A stretch of DNA of 64,000 nucleotides, from the NCBI GenBank assembly GCA_965644265.1, contig OZ286462.1, forward strand, positions 37,758,001 to 37,822,000, given 5' to 3'. The notes below the pieces were generated by a model. That model saw only the letters and a program-made list of their open reading frames with translations. It did not search any database and had not been told where the DNA came from. Positions 11,082 to 22,790 of this stretch are shown here, piece by piece. The position numbers were made by a program, and so were the translations under genes. Numbering within the stretch: position 1 is the first letter of the stretch; each line of letters opens with the position of its first letter. Origin of the DNA: Glycera tridactyla. Its lineage: Eukaryota.

Positions 11082-12236
11082 CTGTAAAGAGAGGAATGAA
11101 CAGGAACCAGATGTCAAAATTTAAGAATGTTTGAAATGGTGGGACCATTCGCTGAAACCAATTTCAATGGCAAGAGTGGAATACATAATACACTACCAGC
11201 TACATAATGTAGCTGGATGGTCATGAAATGTGTATGTGTACTAACGGTTTTTATTCATTTATTTATTTACTGTTGTTTATAGACAAGATTAAGAAATAAA
11301 AAACAATTCTGATTTCCATTCAGAAATCGTGTTACTGTTACAATAGAACTGGATCTTCGGGTTAGTCGAGCGTTAGTAGGTGGTAGTACATACATTCAAT
11401 ACCACATGGCGGCTCCGGTTGTCATCAGCTATATCATTTAGCAGATAGCTATGAGCCATTCTTATCATTCAGGACAAACAAACTAATAAGTACTTTCAGT
11501 ATACAAGTGATCTATCTTCGGTGTTAGATAAATAAAAAAAGATCAAGGTACAGTTGCTGCTACAACCAGGAGAACATCAACTGTTCCGATTAAATTGAAA
11601 ATTTGGTGGCAAAGTTTTGGTAGGCAATCACTACCAAGTACCACCGCTCCGGACTTTAGAGGGCAACTCGCTCCTGACTTTTAAAATATGGTGGCCAGAG
11701 GGTAAATTTGGTAGCCATCGGCTACCCACAGGTAGCAATGTAGAGCCCTTCAAATGGTAATACTGCTGGCGACGTTAGACTGACTGCAATGCCCCTCAGC
11801 AACTTTGGTGAGGCGAAGTAATGAGGAATTTCGTCTGAAGGATCATTCAGCGTCATCAGAAGTCCTCACCCAATGCTAGGATTAATGTGGGATTACTATG
11901 AAATGCATATGTGTCAAGTTTGTCATGGCTTGGAGAAAGGACCTTAGAAACAAGCAGATCAATGGAGCAATATGTCCCACCAACAAGAGCTAAAGCATAT
12001 GGGACAAAAACTGGACCTTTAAATGCCACATTAGAATATGACCAATGTCTTGCCTCTGAACGCATCCCGACCCAAACCACACACACAACTACTTGATATT
12101 CATCCCCTTGTTGTATTCTGCATATAGTTCAGTGAGAATTAAATGTTAGATAATATGGAAAACTTCTTTGCTTGGATGAAACATGAGCAGCTGGGATTCA
12201 TTCATTCATTCAAATCTGATATCAGCAGATACTGAC

Positions 12237-12329
12237 CTTGATATTGTATCTATCAGTGTGACTAGCAAGCTCATTGAAATCATCCATGCTCCTCCTACTG
12301 ACTGGCGATTCTCTATAGTAAGAGGGATG
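12237..12329 (-). CDS. SGNH-domain gene exon (HPSYYRESPVSRRSMDDFNELASHTDRYNIK)
   Basis: Acceptor GTTTTGTTACAG|, donor AAG|GTCAGT, 93 bp, phase 0-0, open in frame. Confidence 0.75.
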
Positions 12330-12709
12330 CTGTAACAAAACATTCACAACAATGTTAGAACACACAAAAGAAACTGGTCTGCCTGTGGCAGCTGGACAGA
12401 GTGAGAGCTCTTTAAAGTCAGATCTGCCAACCGCAGTGCCATGTACACCATGTCCTGGCAGGCTGAAATAAGCAAATCTTCTTCGAGATTCTCAGCACCA
12501 TCAGTGAGATAGATTCTTTTGAATTTATTGAGTGAGTTTCAGAAAAGGATGACACATGCATGAAACGTATAAACAAACACTGGAACTAGAGCTTTGTCAC
12601 AGACCCGAATCATTGTCTTGATACCGAATGTACACAATATAAGCAACATATGTGTGTGCATGCATATGTGTGCGTGCATTTGCAGAGTAAAGAAAGTTAG
12701 GGGTGTTTG

Positions 12710-12933
12710 CAGGGATGCATCCAGGATTTCCCAAAATGGGGCTTTGCCCCCTTAAATTTGAGAAAAGGGGTTGTTTCTTCACAATCTCTCCAATAATGGG
12801 TTCAATAAATATGAGAAAGTGCAGCCTGCTTGTTGAATTAGGTGGCACTGTGGCCCCTAGTTGCCCTGAAAAGGGGCCCACAGTCTGTAAAATGTGTGAA
12901 ATGCCCATATGCCCCACTCTGGATGCAACCCTG
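12710..12933. mobile_element. hAT-like MITE with imperfect 6-bp target duplication
   Basis: TIRs CAGGGATGCATCCAG / CTGGATGCAACCCTG; flanks TGTTTG / TGTATG. Confidence 0.7.
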
Positions 12934-13071
12934 TGTATGTGTATCTGAAGTGAACTTCTCGTTTTGTCTATTTCTTTGTTCTCTTCACTGAACAGAACAA
13001 AGAAATAGATGAAACTATAATTTTAATGAGGCACCTCCTCACTCAATATGTCTCCCCAAACTTTGTAATCA

Positions 13072-13724
13072 CTGTATTCTCCCCAATTAGTGCCCCCACC
13101 CTCATAAGCGCCCCCCCCCCCTTCCCCCACACACCCCCACGGGAGAGATAAATTGCCGACTGGCTTCGATGCTCCCGGACATTTGAATTTCCCGCACTTT
13201 CTGAGCCAGCGTGGAGCCCAGATCCAAGATGGCGGTGCACATGTGGGTGAAAATTTCGCTCCTTGCCGCCTGATATTTCCGCCATTTTCGGCAAATATTC
13301 AACGGATTTGAGAGATGTATGCATGGATACCACACATTTTCCACAAGTCATTCGCACTATCGTTTTTACAATGAGTTCGATATTTCATGGGTTTTAATCG
13401 CGGCAAACTATGTCTGAAAACACAGGATTGACTTGTCAGTGACAGTGGTTAAACAGACGACGGCAGACGCTGCTCTTCATCACTGTTTTTCGGCTAATTT
13501 TCGTCATATCCTTAAAGTTTTATCGTTATTCTCCTATGTGACACAAATAGAACCCGAGTGATACGTTTATCGAATGTTTCTTTGATATTTCGCCAACCAA
13601 TGGCGTTAGATTTGCAAAAATAATCTATTATCGCCCATCGGCGATTTTTCATATCATGAAGAAATGAGCGCCCCCCTTTCTCAATTAGCAAGGCGCCCCG
13701 GGGTACTAATTAGAGAGAATACGG
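13072..13724. mobile_element. Tc1/mariner(pogo)-type MITE, CCGTATTCT family, inverted relative to 7556-8084
   Basis: Ends CTGTATTCTCCCCAATTAG and CTAATTAGAGAGAATACGG-TA; internal similarity to 7556-8084 in reverse orientation. Confidence 0.8.
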
Positions 13725-13853
13725 TAAAAGCTACCCGCATACATGCCTGGCTTCCCACCTGCTTGCTTATTCATCTTCAAGTGAGCATGCTCACTGAAAA
13801 GCTAGACATTATTGGTTGACAACTATCTTTGAGTGACCAATGATGTAGTACAC

Positions 13854-14001
13854 CTTGTCATGAGTACGAAAATGTGTTCTGGGGTATGAGGTGTACTGGG
13901 GTAAAGGGGTCTCCTTGTGTAGGATTTGTCCTCGAGAATATGCAATAGAGGCATCAGAGAAGTTCAGTTGAATTTGAGTCAGCGGTTTCAGTTGAATTTT
14001 G
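13854..14001 (-). CDS. Probable N-terminal-region exon of SGNH-domain gene (KIQLKPLTQIQLNFSDASIAYSRGQILHKETPLPQYTSYPRTHFRTHDK)
   Basis: Acceptor CTTCCCTTGTCAG|, weaker donor AAG|GTGTAC, 148 bp, phase 2 to 0, open in the required frame. Confidence 0.5.
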
Positions 14002-14075
14002 CTGACAAGGGAAGCTCTTGATCAGGTCTTGATCAGTGACCCAGGAAACTAGATCAATTCACCATGTGAGATTTG

Positions 14076-15483
14076 CAGGGCCTGGACAAATCCGTGTTGC
14101 AGAAAATACAGACGGAATCGCAGAATTGACACAAATACATGCAATAGTCGATAAACACGTATCGTGCAGAATACAGCTGGAATAAAATAGAAAGCACAGA
14201 ACACCAACTTCTAGATCGCACGGAAATCACATAATTCCACCTCGAATTATCGCGGTGAATGCATATTTCCCTCTCATCAACACCCTTTGTCAAATGCACG
14301 GAAACGCGAAAATGCCGGAAGAATGAACAAGAAGCGATCTTTTTACTTATCATGGTATACGAATCGCCATCTTATATCCGTCTCTTTTGCGCATTGCATG
14401 ATGGGAGATTTTGAAAAAAATATAAATCGTGCGTACCCTGTTCCCTCCAACCCCAGCCTCATTCTCTATTTGCGCCATACAAATATAAGATCGCAGACAG
14501 TACTGTCGGGACTAGGGTTCGCGATCCCAAGGCATCATGGGAAAAATAAAATTTATTTCGAAACGATTTTCTCTCTATATACCAATAATAGTCAAGATAG
14601 GCCACTGATCTTTCGTTTTGCTCGCAATATGAGATGCAGACGTGGGTTTATTGCGTCTAAAAGCTGGATTTCTGGCCCCTATTTGTGCCTTACAAGAAAT
14701 ACCAAGATGGGGCCCGATATTAAACTAGCCTTGCTATGCAGTCAATCTCTCGCGATCGGATGAATTACCTCGAGTTGGCCTTATACAGTCAAGATGAGCT
14801 ACTGATCTTTCGTTTGGCTCACGATAAGAGTTGCAAACGTGTGTTTATTGCGTATAAAAGCACCATTTCCGGTCGCTATTTGTGCCTTATAAGAAATAGT
14901 CAAATCTCCTCTAGAGACCACCTCTCTATAAAGACCACCTCTCTATAAAGACCACCCTGAGCTGTGACCATGGGAGTATTTTCAAGAGTGAATGACCTCC
15001 ATAAAGAGACCACCCCCCTATAAAGACCACTTTCTGATGCGACCGAAGGTGGTCTCTATAGAGATGTTCGTCTGTACCAAGTTGGAGACATTCTATGCAG
15101 AAAATCACGGAATATATGAAATTTGAACATGGAAAATTAGCGCTTGGTGCAGAACTTCATGATCCAGAATGCAGGAAATGCAGAACACCCAATTTCTATG
15201 GTTGCAGACAACACAGATTTGACCGGAAAATTAGGTGAATCTTCACAGACAAAACAGAAAGTACCCCAAAATAATAACACAGAATCTTAATCAAAAAGTT
15301 GGCGTGAAGCATGGAATTTGCCGAATTTGACCAAATTGACAGGAATTCCTGAGGTTTCACATGGATTTGACGCGGAATTTGGTATTGAACTGCGGAAAAA
15401 TGCAGAAATTCTGTGTTTTGCAGAAAGTGGCAAAAATAAACACGGAATTGGCAACTTTTAAACACGGATTTGTCCAGGCCCTG
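14076..15483. mobile_element. hAT-like non-autonomous element with 6-bp target duplication
   Basis: TIRs CAGGGCCTGGACAAATCCGTGTT / AACACGGATTTGTCCAGGCCCTG; GATTTG on both sides. Confidence 0.85.
14897..15074. mobile_element. Tc1/mariner-type MITE (AAAGACCACC sub-repeats) nested in 14076-15483
   Basis: Degenerate TAGTCAAATCT start, repeated TATAAAGACCACC, ends CGTCTG-TA. Confidence 0.55.
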
Positions 15484-15658
15484 GATTTGTCCATATCCTC
15501 AAATTCTGAAAATAGCTCCCATGACCTTGACCTTTGACCATTTGGCACCATCTTCAAAACGTCAGTGTATCACCACTAGCCTGTAGATGCACTCAATGGG
15601 TGTGAATGCCCTGCAGAGTGCATGATGTCACAGGAAGAGGGGATGAGAAAAGTCAATA

Positions 15659-16035
15659 CCGTATTCTCCCCAATTAATGGCCCAGGGCGCTTGCTAATTG
15701 AGAAAGGGGGCGCTTATTTGTTTGAGATGACGAAAATCACCAATCGGGTGTTTTGATGAACAAACGCCGATGGCTGATGATATGATAGAAGAAACGATAG
15801 ATAAATGTATTCCTCGAGGCTTTTTGTGTCATACAAAAGAAAAAATGATAAAACTATGAGTATACAACAAACCGATATCTGGTCAGTTCATTGGACCCTG
15901 GGGGTATGCCTGCCAAATTTCATCAAATTCGATGGTTAGATTTCGGATGTTAGATTTGTGACAGACAGACAGACAGACAGACAGACAGAGGCTTGTCTCT
16001 AACCCTATCCAGACATACAGCTACACAAATTTGTG
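15659..16035. mobile_element. Truncated CCGTATTCT-family MITE followed by a DINE-1-like terminal fragment with (GACA)n
   Basis: TA-CCGTATTCTCCCCAATTAATGG start; (GACA)n at about 15960-15988; ACACAA-AT-TTGTGT hairpin then GACATAAA. Confidence 0.55.
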
Positions 16036-16700
16036 TGGACATAAATCTAACTTCAAAGTTCAACTTCTACATGGAGAAGTGTAAGACCAGGCAGACAAAC
16101 TAGGTGTTTTGCTTTGCTTGTCAGGGCGCCTCACTAATGTCCTGGGCGTGCCGAAATCACGGTCGGGTGGGTGGATCTCAAAGTTACACGTCTTCTCCTG
16201 TGCATATTCATGTTGATTTGCATCTAAAAGATGAGAAAACCAGTCATCTTTGTCAAATTTGCTAGCAGGTGTCTTCAGTTTCACAAGTTCGATCGCTATC
16301 TTTGAAGCTGGAGATAAGAAAGAAACAACAGATATCTGTCGCGATCCCCGATTGGCCAAATCCCCACTCCTGGTGAAATCAACAAATCAGCGACCTGCTT
16401 TCATGCAGCTCACGTTGTTCGAATTGCACAGTAGACAAGTTCCATGTCTCCATCAAACGAATAGATTTTCCGAAAATGGCCACATCATCGATCCTAGATC
16501 AAATTTGTCATCTTTCTGGTATGATTTTCAAGAAATAGCGATCGATAAACGTTTCATGAGTGAAGATAAAGCAGTCGCGAGATGTCAACAACAATTGCAG
16601 AGGACGATTTTTGAGCAACTGCTTTCGGAACCAAGAGGAAGCCGATCTTACGAATGAATTTATCACGTTTGATGCGTTTTCTAAGGAAATTTGACTTATA

Positions 16701-17553
16701 CAGTCCAACCTGGTCTAACGAGCACCTCTATATAACGGATCCCTGTCTATACCGACCACTATCGGTAACGACCTTCGTATTTTCTCTTTATTTCACCTGT
16801 ATATAGCGACCACCTGTCCAACGCGACCACCGACCGCCATTTTGATGTTTGGTAATCGAAAATACCTGCATATAACGACCGCATCTTGTCAGGCTAGTGA
16901 GCAAGGCGATCGGTGACGAGAGCCGTGAAACATGAGATGACCGTGTAGAGAAGCCAATTCACGCCTTACCACGGCTATTGTTCGATCGTTCGCGCCTTCA
17001 TACTTCAATGATTCACGGGTACAATCCATGTTGAGGCGATCTCCGCCATTGAAAACACGTGTCACGGCCAGATAAGCATGTATTTCACGATAAAAACAAA
17101 AGGCTGGGCGCCATTGTTGTGGCTAGACACGAGTCTGAAGACCCGGATGTACGACAATCACGGAACCAAAATATCTAATTTGCATATGACCTTGACCTCA
17201 TCACCTGATCGAGATGGTGGAACTTTCACGAATCGTTGTTTTCGTTCAATGTTTTCATCACGTTTATCAGCATCTATGGCGAAATCGTCAGGATTTTCTC
17301 AGAAACAATCATCAATTACGCAAGTAGAGTCGCCATTTGTGTGTTTGGTACTATTTATTGACATTCGGGCGTATTCTGGCCATTTTCGAGCGCGATCAAG
17401 ATTCGAGAAGAACATCGTTGACAGCGGCATGTCAGGAATCTGACGTTCTGGTTCTGGTTCTGGTATGATTCTGATCTGCATATAACGACCACCTCCCCAT
17501 AACGACCATTTTCTGACCTGACCGTCCATGGTCGCTATAGACAGGTTTGACTG
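16701..17553. mobile_element. Tc1/mariner-type MITE (CAGTCNAACC, ATAACGACCACC sub-repeats)
   Basis: TA-CAGTCCAACCTG ... CAGGTTTGACTG-TA; interior 16930-17110 resembles the reverse complement of 8100-8290. Confidence 0.8.
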
Positions 17554-17591
17554 TACATACAAGTGTTTTCTCAATCCAGTTGATGTTCATG

Positions 17592-18155
17592 CAGGGCGCA
17601 AAGAGATCACCTCACTTCCCGGGCGTGCCGAAATCGCTGTCGGGCGGGTGGATCTCAAAGTTACCAGTCTTTTTCGGTCGGGCTCATCTGCACAGACTTA
17701 TGTTGTATTGCATCAGAAAGTCACGAAAACGAACTATATTTGTCAAATTCTCTGGCGAGTTTCGTTACTTTGACAAGTACAATAGCCATCTTTGAAGCTC
17801 GAGATGAGGAAGAACCGACAAATATCTGTCACGATATCTGATTGGCCAAATCGAGAATCGCGGCGAAATCCACCAATCAGCAGGCTGCTTTCATAACGCC
17901 GAGATGTCAACAACATGTGCGGAGGACGATTTTTCAAGCATCTGCACAGCTTTTGTAACCATGTGGAAGCCAATCTTACGAATGAATTTAGCACATCTGC
18001 ACATATTTTCTATGGAAAATTCAACTTGTATATAAGTGTTTCCTCATTCCATGTGACATTCGAGTACGGACATATTGTTTTTCGACTGGGGCGGGTGACA
18101 TTGAATTTCACCCGCCCGATTGGCAGGTGGGTTTTTTCGATGTCTTCGCGCTCTG
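17592..18155. mobile_element. hAT-like MITE (CAGGGCG family) with 5-bp target duplication
   Basis: TIRs CAGGGCGCAAAGA / TCTTCGCGCTCTG; TCATG on both sides. Confidence 0.85.
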
Positions 18156-18418
18156 TCATGAACGGACCGGTTGTTTTTTGAGGTGGGCTGGTGATTTGAG
18201 TTTTTCTGATGTCTTTGCACCCTGCATGTGATCCAAAAATTTTCATGTTGAACATAGAAGTTTACCTGCCTGATCTTGGATCCACATAATTTGGGCATGC
18301 TCGTGCCTCTCTCTTGCCGCCTGCCCCTACCTCAGAGAGCCCTACTATATGTTAATGACATTAACCATAATATTCCATCCATCCCACAGGCAGATGAATT
18401 TGGAATGAATATGCTCAC

Positions 18419-18501
18419 CTTGGGCATATACCAGATGCAGGCCCTGTCAAAACAGGCCAGAGAGGCATGGTATCACTGAGAGTCGCCAAATACAGGAAAA
18501 C
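18419..18501 (-). CDS. Tentative early exon of SGNH-domain gene (VFLYLATLSDTMPLWPVLTGPASGICP)
   Basis: Strong donor AAG|GTGAGC; weak acceptor CAATTAG|. 83 bp, phase 0 to 2, bridges 19968 and 14001 in frame; contains an in-frame ACCATG alternative start. Confidence 0.4.
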
Positions 18502-18592
18502 CTAATTGTACTGTTTGGTTTGATGATTCTTGAGAAAGAAGACTTGGGTGCTGGAGGAATGGGTGTCATGAGCAGCATGTGTAAGTATGTAG

Positions 18593-19014
18593 CAGTCTTC
18601 ACAAAAAACTTTTTCAGCCACTCTCCCGTCGGGAGGGCAGTCTGAAAAAATCACTCTCCCGAAAATGAATTCACTCTCCCGAATTTGTTCAAAAGGTGCA
18701 AGAAAAACAATCTCGAGAGCATGACATTTGTGTGAGTAAATGCCTGATCATGTCATGAATTCCAACTTATCTATCATGTGAGTGAATATCTAAGTAACTC
18801 CAACCCATTTTTTGCCCAGTCTCGTTCTTCAGAATCAAATATGCGCAGGTATATGCGAAGTAATCTTGCCGTGGATAGGGTGAAATTTCATAACTTTCGG
18901 ATCAACTGAAAAATTTACACTTTCCCCATGGGAGAGTGAGTTTGGTCTTTTTACTCTCCTGAAACCGAATTCGCTCTCCCAGGGTTTCGGGAGAGTGGCT
19001 AAATTCTAAGATTG
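18593..19014. mobile_element. hAT-like MITE with 6-bp target duplication
   Basis: Ends CAGTCTT...AGCCACTCTCCCG / CGGGAGAGTGGCT...AAGATTG; ATGTAG on both sides. Confidence 0.75.
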
Positions 19015-19066
19015 ATGTAGAATGTGAAAATCTGAAAATTTCACCTTTGACCAATACCTTCAACAT

Positions 19067-19287
19067 CAGCATTTGTGAAAAGTTTTCGGGCTTGTCAGAC
19101 AATTTGTCAGACATGAATTTGCCCATCGTCTGACAATTAGCTGTTTATGTCAGACATTTCTATTCACTATTGATCAAATTTGTGTCATTATGTCTGACAA
19201 TTTGTAAGACAGAATTCTAGATTACGTCTGACAACTGAGAGTCCTTGTCTGACATGTCAGACGTCTGACAAGTTTTTGCGAACACTG
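19067..19287. mobile_element. hAT-like MITE with TGTCAGACA sub-repeats and 6-bp target duplication
   Basis: Ends CAGCATTTGTGAAAAGTT / AAGTTTTTGCGAACACTG; CAACAT on both sides. Confidence 0.75.
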
Positions 19288-19613
19288 CAACATAGGTCAC
19301 ATGCATTGAATAGGGGATGATAAACCTTCGCTTTCCCATAACAGCTTGATCTATAGTCAACAATTCTAGCAATACAACAATATGAAAACGTAAAAAGGCT
19401 ATGGGGAGTCAGCTGGCTGCGCATTATGACTTGGGTATGTGTACCAGTGGTCCTGACGGCTCATATTCTACATCCTTCTGTTCAAGGCGTACGGGCACTA
19501 ATTGTGGTATATAATCATCATCAACAGGGTTTTATCTAGTCCAATATATAGTAACCCATTAATGAGATAAAAATGGCTTTATATGCGGATAAACAGTACT
19601 GAGCAAATGGATA

Positions 19614-19777
19614 CAGTCAAACCTGTTCTAAGCAGCCACCGTTCGGGAAGACAAAAAGTGGCTGCTTAGGGCAGGTGGCTGCTTAGTGCTTGCACAGGTT
19701 AATTATAATGAAAAAAAAAACAGGAAATTGACAAGTGGCTGCATAGGGCAGGTGGCTGCTTAGGACAGGTTAGACTG
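19614..19777. mobile_element. Tc1/mariner-type MITE (GTGGCTGCTTAG sub-repeats)
   Basis: TA-CAGTCAAACCTGT ... ACAGGTTAGACTG-TA. Confidence 0.8.
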
Positions 19778-19967
19778 TATATGAAATCTCATCCCAGCTG
19801 TGCACCCCAACATCAATGCCAATATTGAGAACCTGACAGCCCATTATCAATTTCATGAGAAGTAAAAAGGTGGTAACATAGAGCCCTAAGATAGCCTCAG
19901 TCAAAGTGTGTCTTTTCACATGAAAGGGCCTTGACATTGAAAATGAAAACTGAAATTCCACACTTAC

Positions 19968-20087
19968 CATATTATCAGCTTCCGCTCCCATCGTCTGCAA
20001 TTGTGTATGTTCTGCTGGCACGGGTAAACTTATTTGAGGGCAACCTTGTTCACTCTGGAGGTTATTTCTTTCTTGAGGCTCATCCAT
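19968..20087 (-). CDS. Probable first coding exon of SGNH-domain gene (MDEPQERNNLQSEQGCPQISLPVPAEHTQLQTMGAEADNM); exon would extend to 20105
   Basis: ATG in GTAATGG context; consensus donor ATG|GTAAGT; acceptor TTCTCATTACAG| before 20105. Full model gives 1278 nt, 425 aa. Confidence 0.5.
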
Positions 20088-20379
20088 TACCAGTATCAGT
20101 ACTCACTGTAATGAGAATTGAATGGAACAAACTGTACATCAGCAGATAAATCAAGACATGACACAAACAGGTGAATCAACTCAAAATTGGTCAACTAACT
20201 GGAGAATGTCCAATTATTGGTTATCTGCCTACAGGAAGTGACACAAACTCAAGCACCTTTTGAAACAAGATTTTGATTGATGCCTGTTTTTTTTAAAATA
20301 TGTCACAAGAGATATTAGTAATTATGTGGCGGCCTAGTCTAATGGGCTCAGGAGGGCAATTAGCTTTCTTTTAGAGGCC

Positions 20380-22790
20380 ACTTTTCATGATACCCAATCA
20401 TTTTCTGTTTGTCTGCCTGCCATCATATTTCTTCAAATTCACTCCAACCAGCCCAGATTTCTTTTGTTGGCCTTCTCTGTGCTTGAATGAGTTCAGATCA
20501 TATCAGACATTGGAGATAGCAGCAGTTAGGGATTCTAGAAAGGTCAATTTCTTTGTTGAAACACTCCTGGTTTACAGGTTTGAGCAGATTTCTGGTCTTG
20601 AGTGTGTTTCAACAACCACCATGAATTTCAACCAGAGTCCAAACATAGCTCATGATGACTTTCCCACATCCTATTGGATGGTATGAATGCATTTCATGGT
20701 GTTTTCCAAATATCAAGGTAGCCTGCTGAGCACAGAAGCACAATTTCTTTCATCCAATGAGCAATTATCATGATATCAAGTCATTTTCTATTGTCGGCCT
20801 GCCATCATATTTTTTCAAATTCACTCCAACCAGCCCAGATTTCTTTTGTTGGCCTTCTCTGTGCTTGAATGAGTTCAGATCATATCAGACATTGAAGATA
20901 GCAGCAGTTAGGGATTCTAGAAAGGTCAATTTCTTTGTTGAAACACTCCTGGTTTACAGGTTTGAGCAGATTTCTGGTCTTGAGTGTGTTTCAACAACCA
21001 CCATGAATTTCAACCAGAGTCCAAACATAGCTCATGATGACTTTCCCACATTCTATTGGATGGTATGAATGCATTTCATGGTGTTTTCCAAATATCAAGG
21101 TAGCCTGCTGAGCACAGAAGCACAATTTCTTTCATCCAATGACCAATTATCATGATATCAAGTCATTTTCTGTTTGTCTGCCTGCCATCATATTTCTTCA
21201 AATTCACTCCAACCAGCCCAGATTTCTTTTGTTGGCCTTCTCTGTGCTTGAATGAGTTCAGATCATATCAGACATTGAAGATAGCAGCAGTTAGGGATTC
21301 TAGAAAGGTCAATTTCTTTGTTGAAACACTCCTGGTTTACAGGTTTGAGCAGATTTCTGGTCTTGAGTGTGTTTCAACAACCACCATGAATTTCAACCAG
21401 AGTCCAAACATAGCTCATGATGACTTTCCCACATTCTATTGGATGGTATGAATGCATTTCATGGTGTTTTCCAAATATCAAGGTAGCCTGCTGAGCACAG
21501 AAGCACAATTTCTTTCATCCAATGGGCAAATATCATGATATCAAGTCATTTTCTGTTGTCGGCCTGCCATCATATTTTTTCAAATTCACTCAAACCAGCC
21601 CAGATTTCTTTTGTTGGCCTTCTCTGTGCTTGAATGAGTTCAGATCATATCAGACATTGAAGATAGCAGCAGTTAGGGATTCTAGAAAGGTCAATTTCTT
21701 TGTTGAAAGACTCCTGGTTCACAGGTTTGACCAGATTTCTGGTCTTGAGTGTGTTTCAACAACCACCATAAATTTCAACCAGAGTCCAAACATAGCTCAT
21801 GATGACTTTCCCACATTCTATTTGATGGTATGAATGCATTTCATGGTGTTTTCCAAATATCAAGGTAGCCTGCTGAGCACAGAAGCACAATTTCTTTCAT
21901 CCAATGGGCAAATATCATGATATCAAGTCATTTTCTGTTGTCGGCCTGCCATCATATTTTTTCAAATTCACTCCAACCAGCCCAGATTTCTTTTGTTGGC
22001 CTTCTCTGTGCTTGAATGAGTTCAGATCATATCAGACATTGAAGATAGCAGCAGTTAGGGATTCTAGAAAGGTCAATTTCTTTGTTGAAAGACTCCTGGT
22101 TCACAGGTTTGAGCAGATTTCTGGTCTTGAGTGTGTTTCAACAACCACCATAAATTTCAACCAGAGTCCAAACATAGCTCATGATGACTTTCCCACATTC
22201 TTTTTGATGGTATGAATGCATTTCATGGTGTTTTCCATATATCAAGGTAGCCTGCTGAGCACAGAAGCACAATTTCTTTCATCCAATGGGCAAATATCAT
22301 GATATCAAGTCATTTTCTGTTGTCGGCCTGCCATCATATTTTTTCAAATTCACTCCAACCAGCCCAGATTTCTTTTGTTGGCCTTCTCTGTGCTTGAATG
22401 AGTTCAGATCATATCAGACATTGAAGATAGCAGCAGTTAGGGATTCTAGAAAGGTCAATTTCTTTGTTGAAAGACTCCTGGTTCACAGGTTTGACCAGAT
22501 TTCTGGTCTTGAGTGTGTTTCAACAACCACCATAAATTTCAACCAGAGTCCAAACATAGCTCATGATGACTTTCCTACATTCTACTTGATGGTATGAATG
22601 CATTTCAAGGTGCTCTTTAAATTTCAAGGCTGCCTGCTGAGCACAGGAAGGCAATTTCTTTGAGGGAAATGCATAATTCAGTCAATTTCTGATGTTGGCC
22701 TGCCTCAAATCCATCCCATATCCACTCCAACATGGCCAGACTGATTGAGAAGACCTTGTCTGGGTTGATATGAGTGCATTTCATCTAGAT
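20380..22790. repeat. Satellite array, 382-bp unit, six near-identical copies plus degenerate edge
   Basis: Repeated ORF-track entries at 21522, 21904, 22286 are spaced 382 bp; unit is not a multiple of 3. Confidence 0.95.

Larger units (their letters stand above)
16122..18224. mobile_element. hAT-like element (CAGGGCG family), host of two nested insertions
   Basis: Starts CAGGGCGCC, ends TCTTTGCACCCTG; flanks CTTGT / CATGT. Sequence colinear with copy 23648-24231 once 16701-17553 and 17592-18155 are removed. Confidence 0.7.

Noticed and set aside
12360-12530. Open minus-strand frame (IYLTDGAENLEEDLLISACQDMVYMALRLADL...) just upstream of exon 12237-12329
   Set aside because: No usable donor and not compatible with the exon phases; not included in the gene model.
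18390-18580. Plus-strand exon-like segment with CCCACAG| acceptor and |GTAAGT donor
   Set aside because: All three frames contain stops; overlaps the better-fitting minus-strand exon. Could only be non-coding antisense.
20387-22597. Repeated 99-103 aa ORFs
   Set aside because: One per 382-bp satellite unit; the unit is not a multiple of 3 and no protein motif is recognisable.
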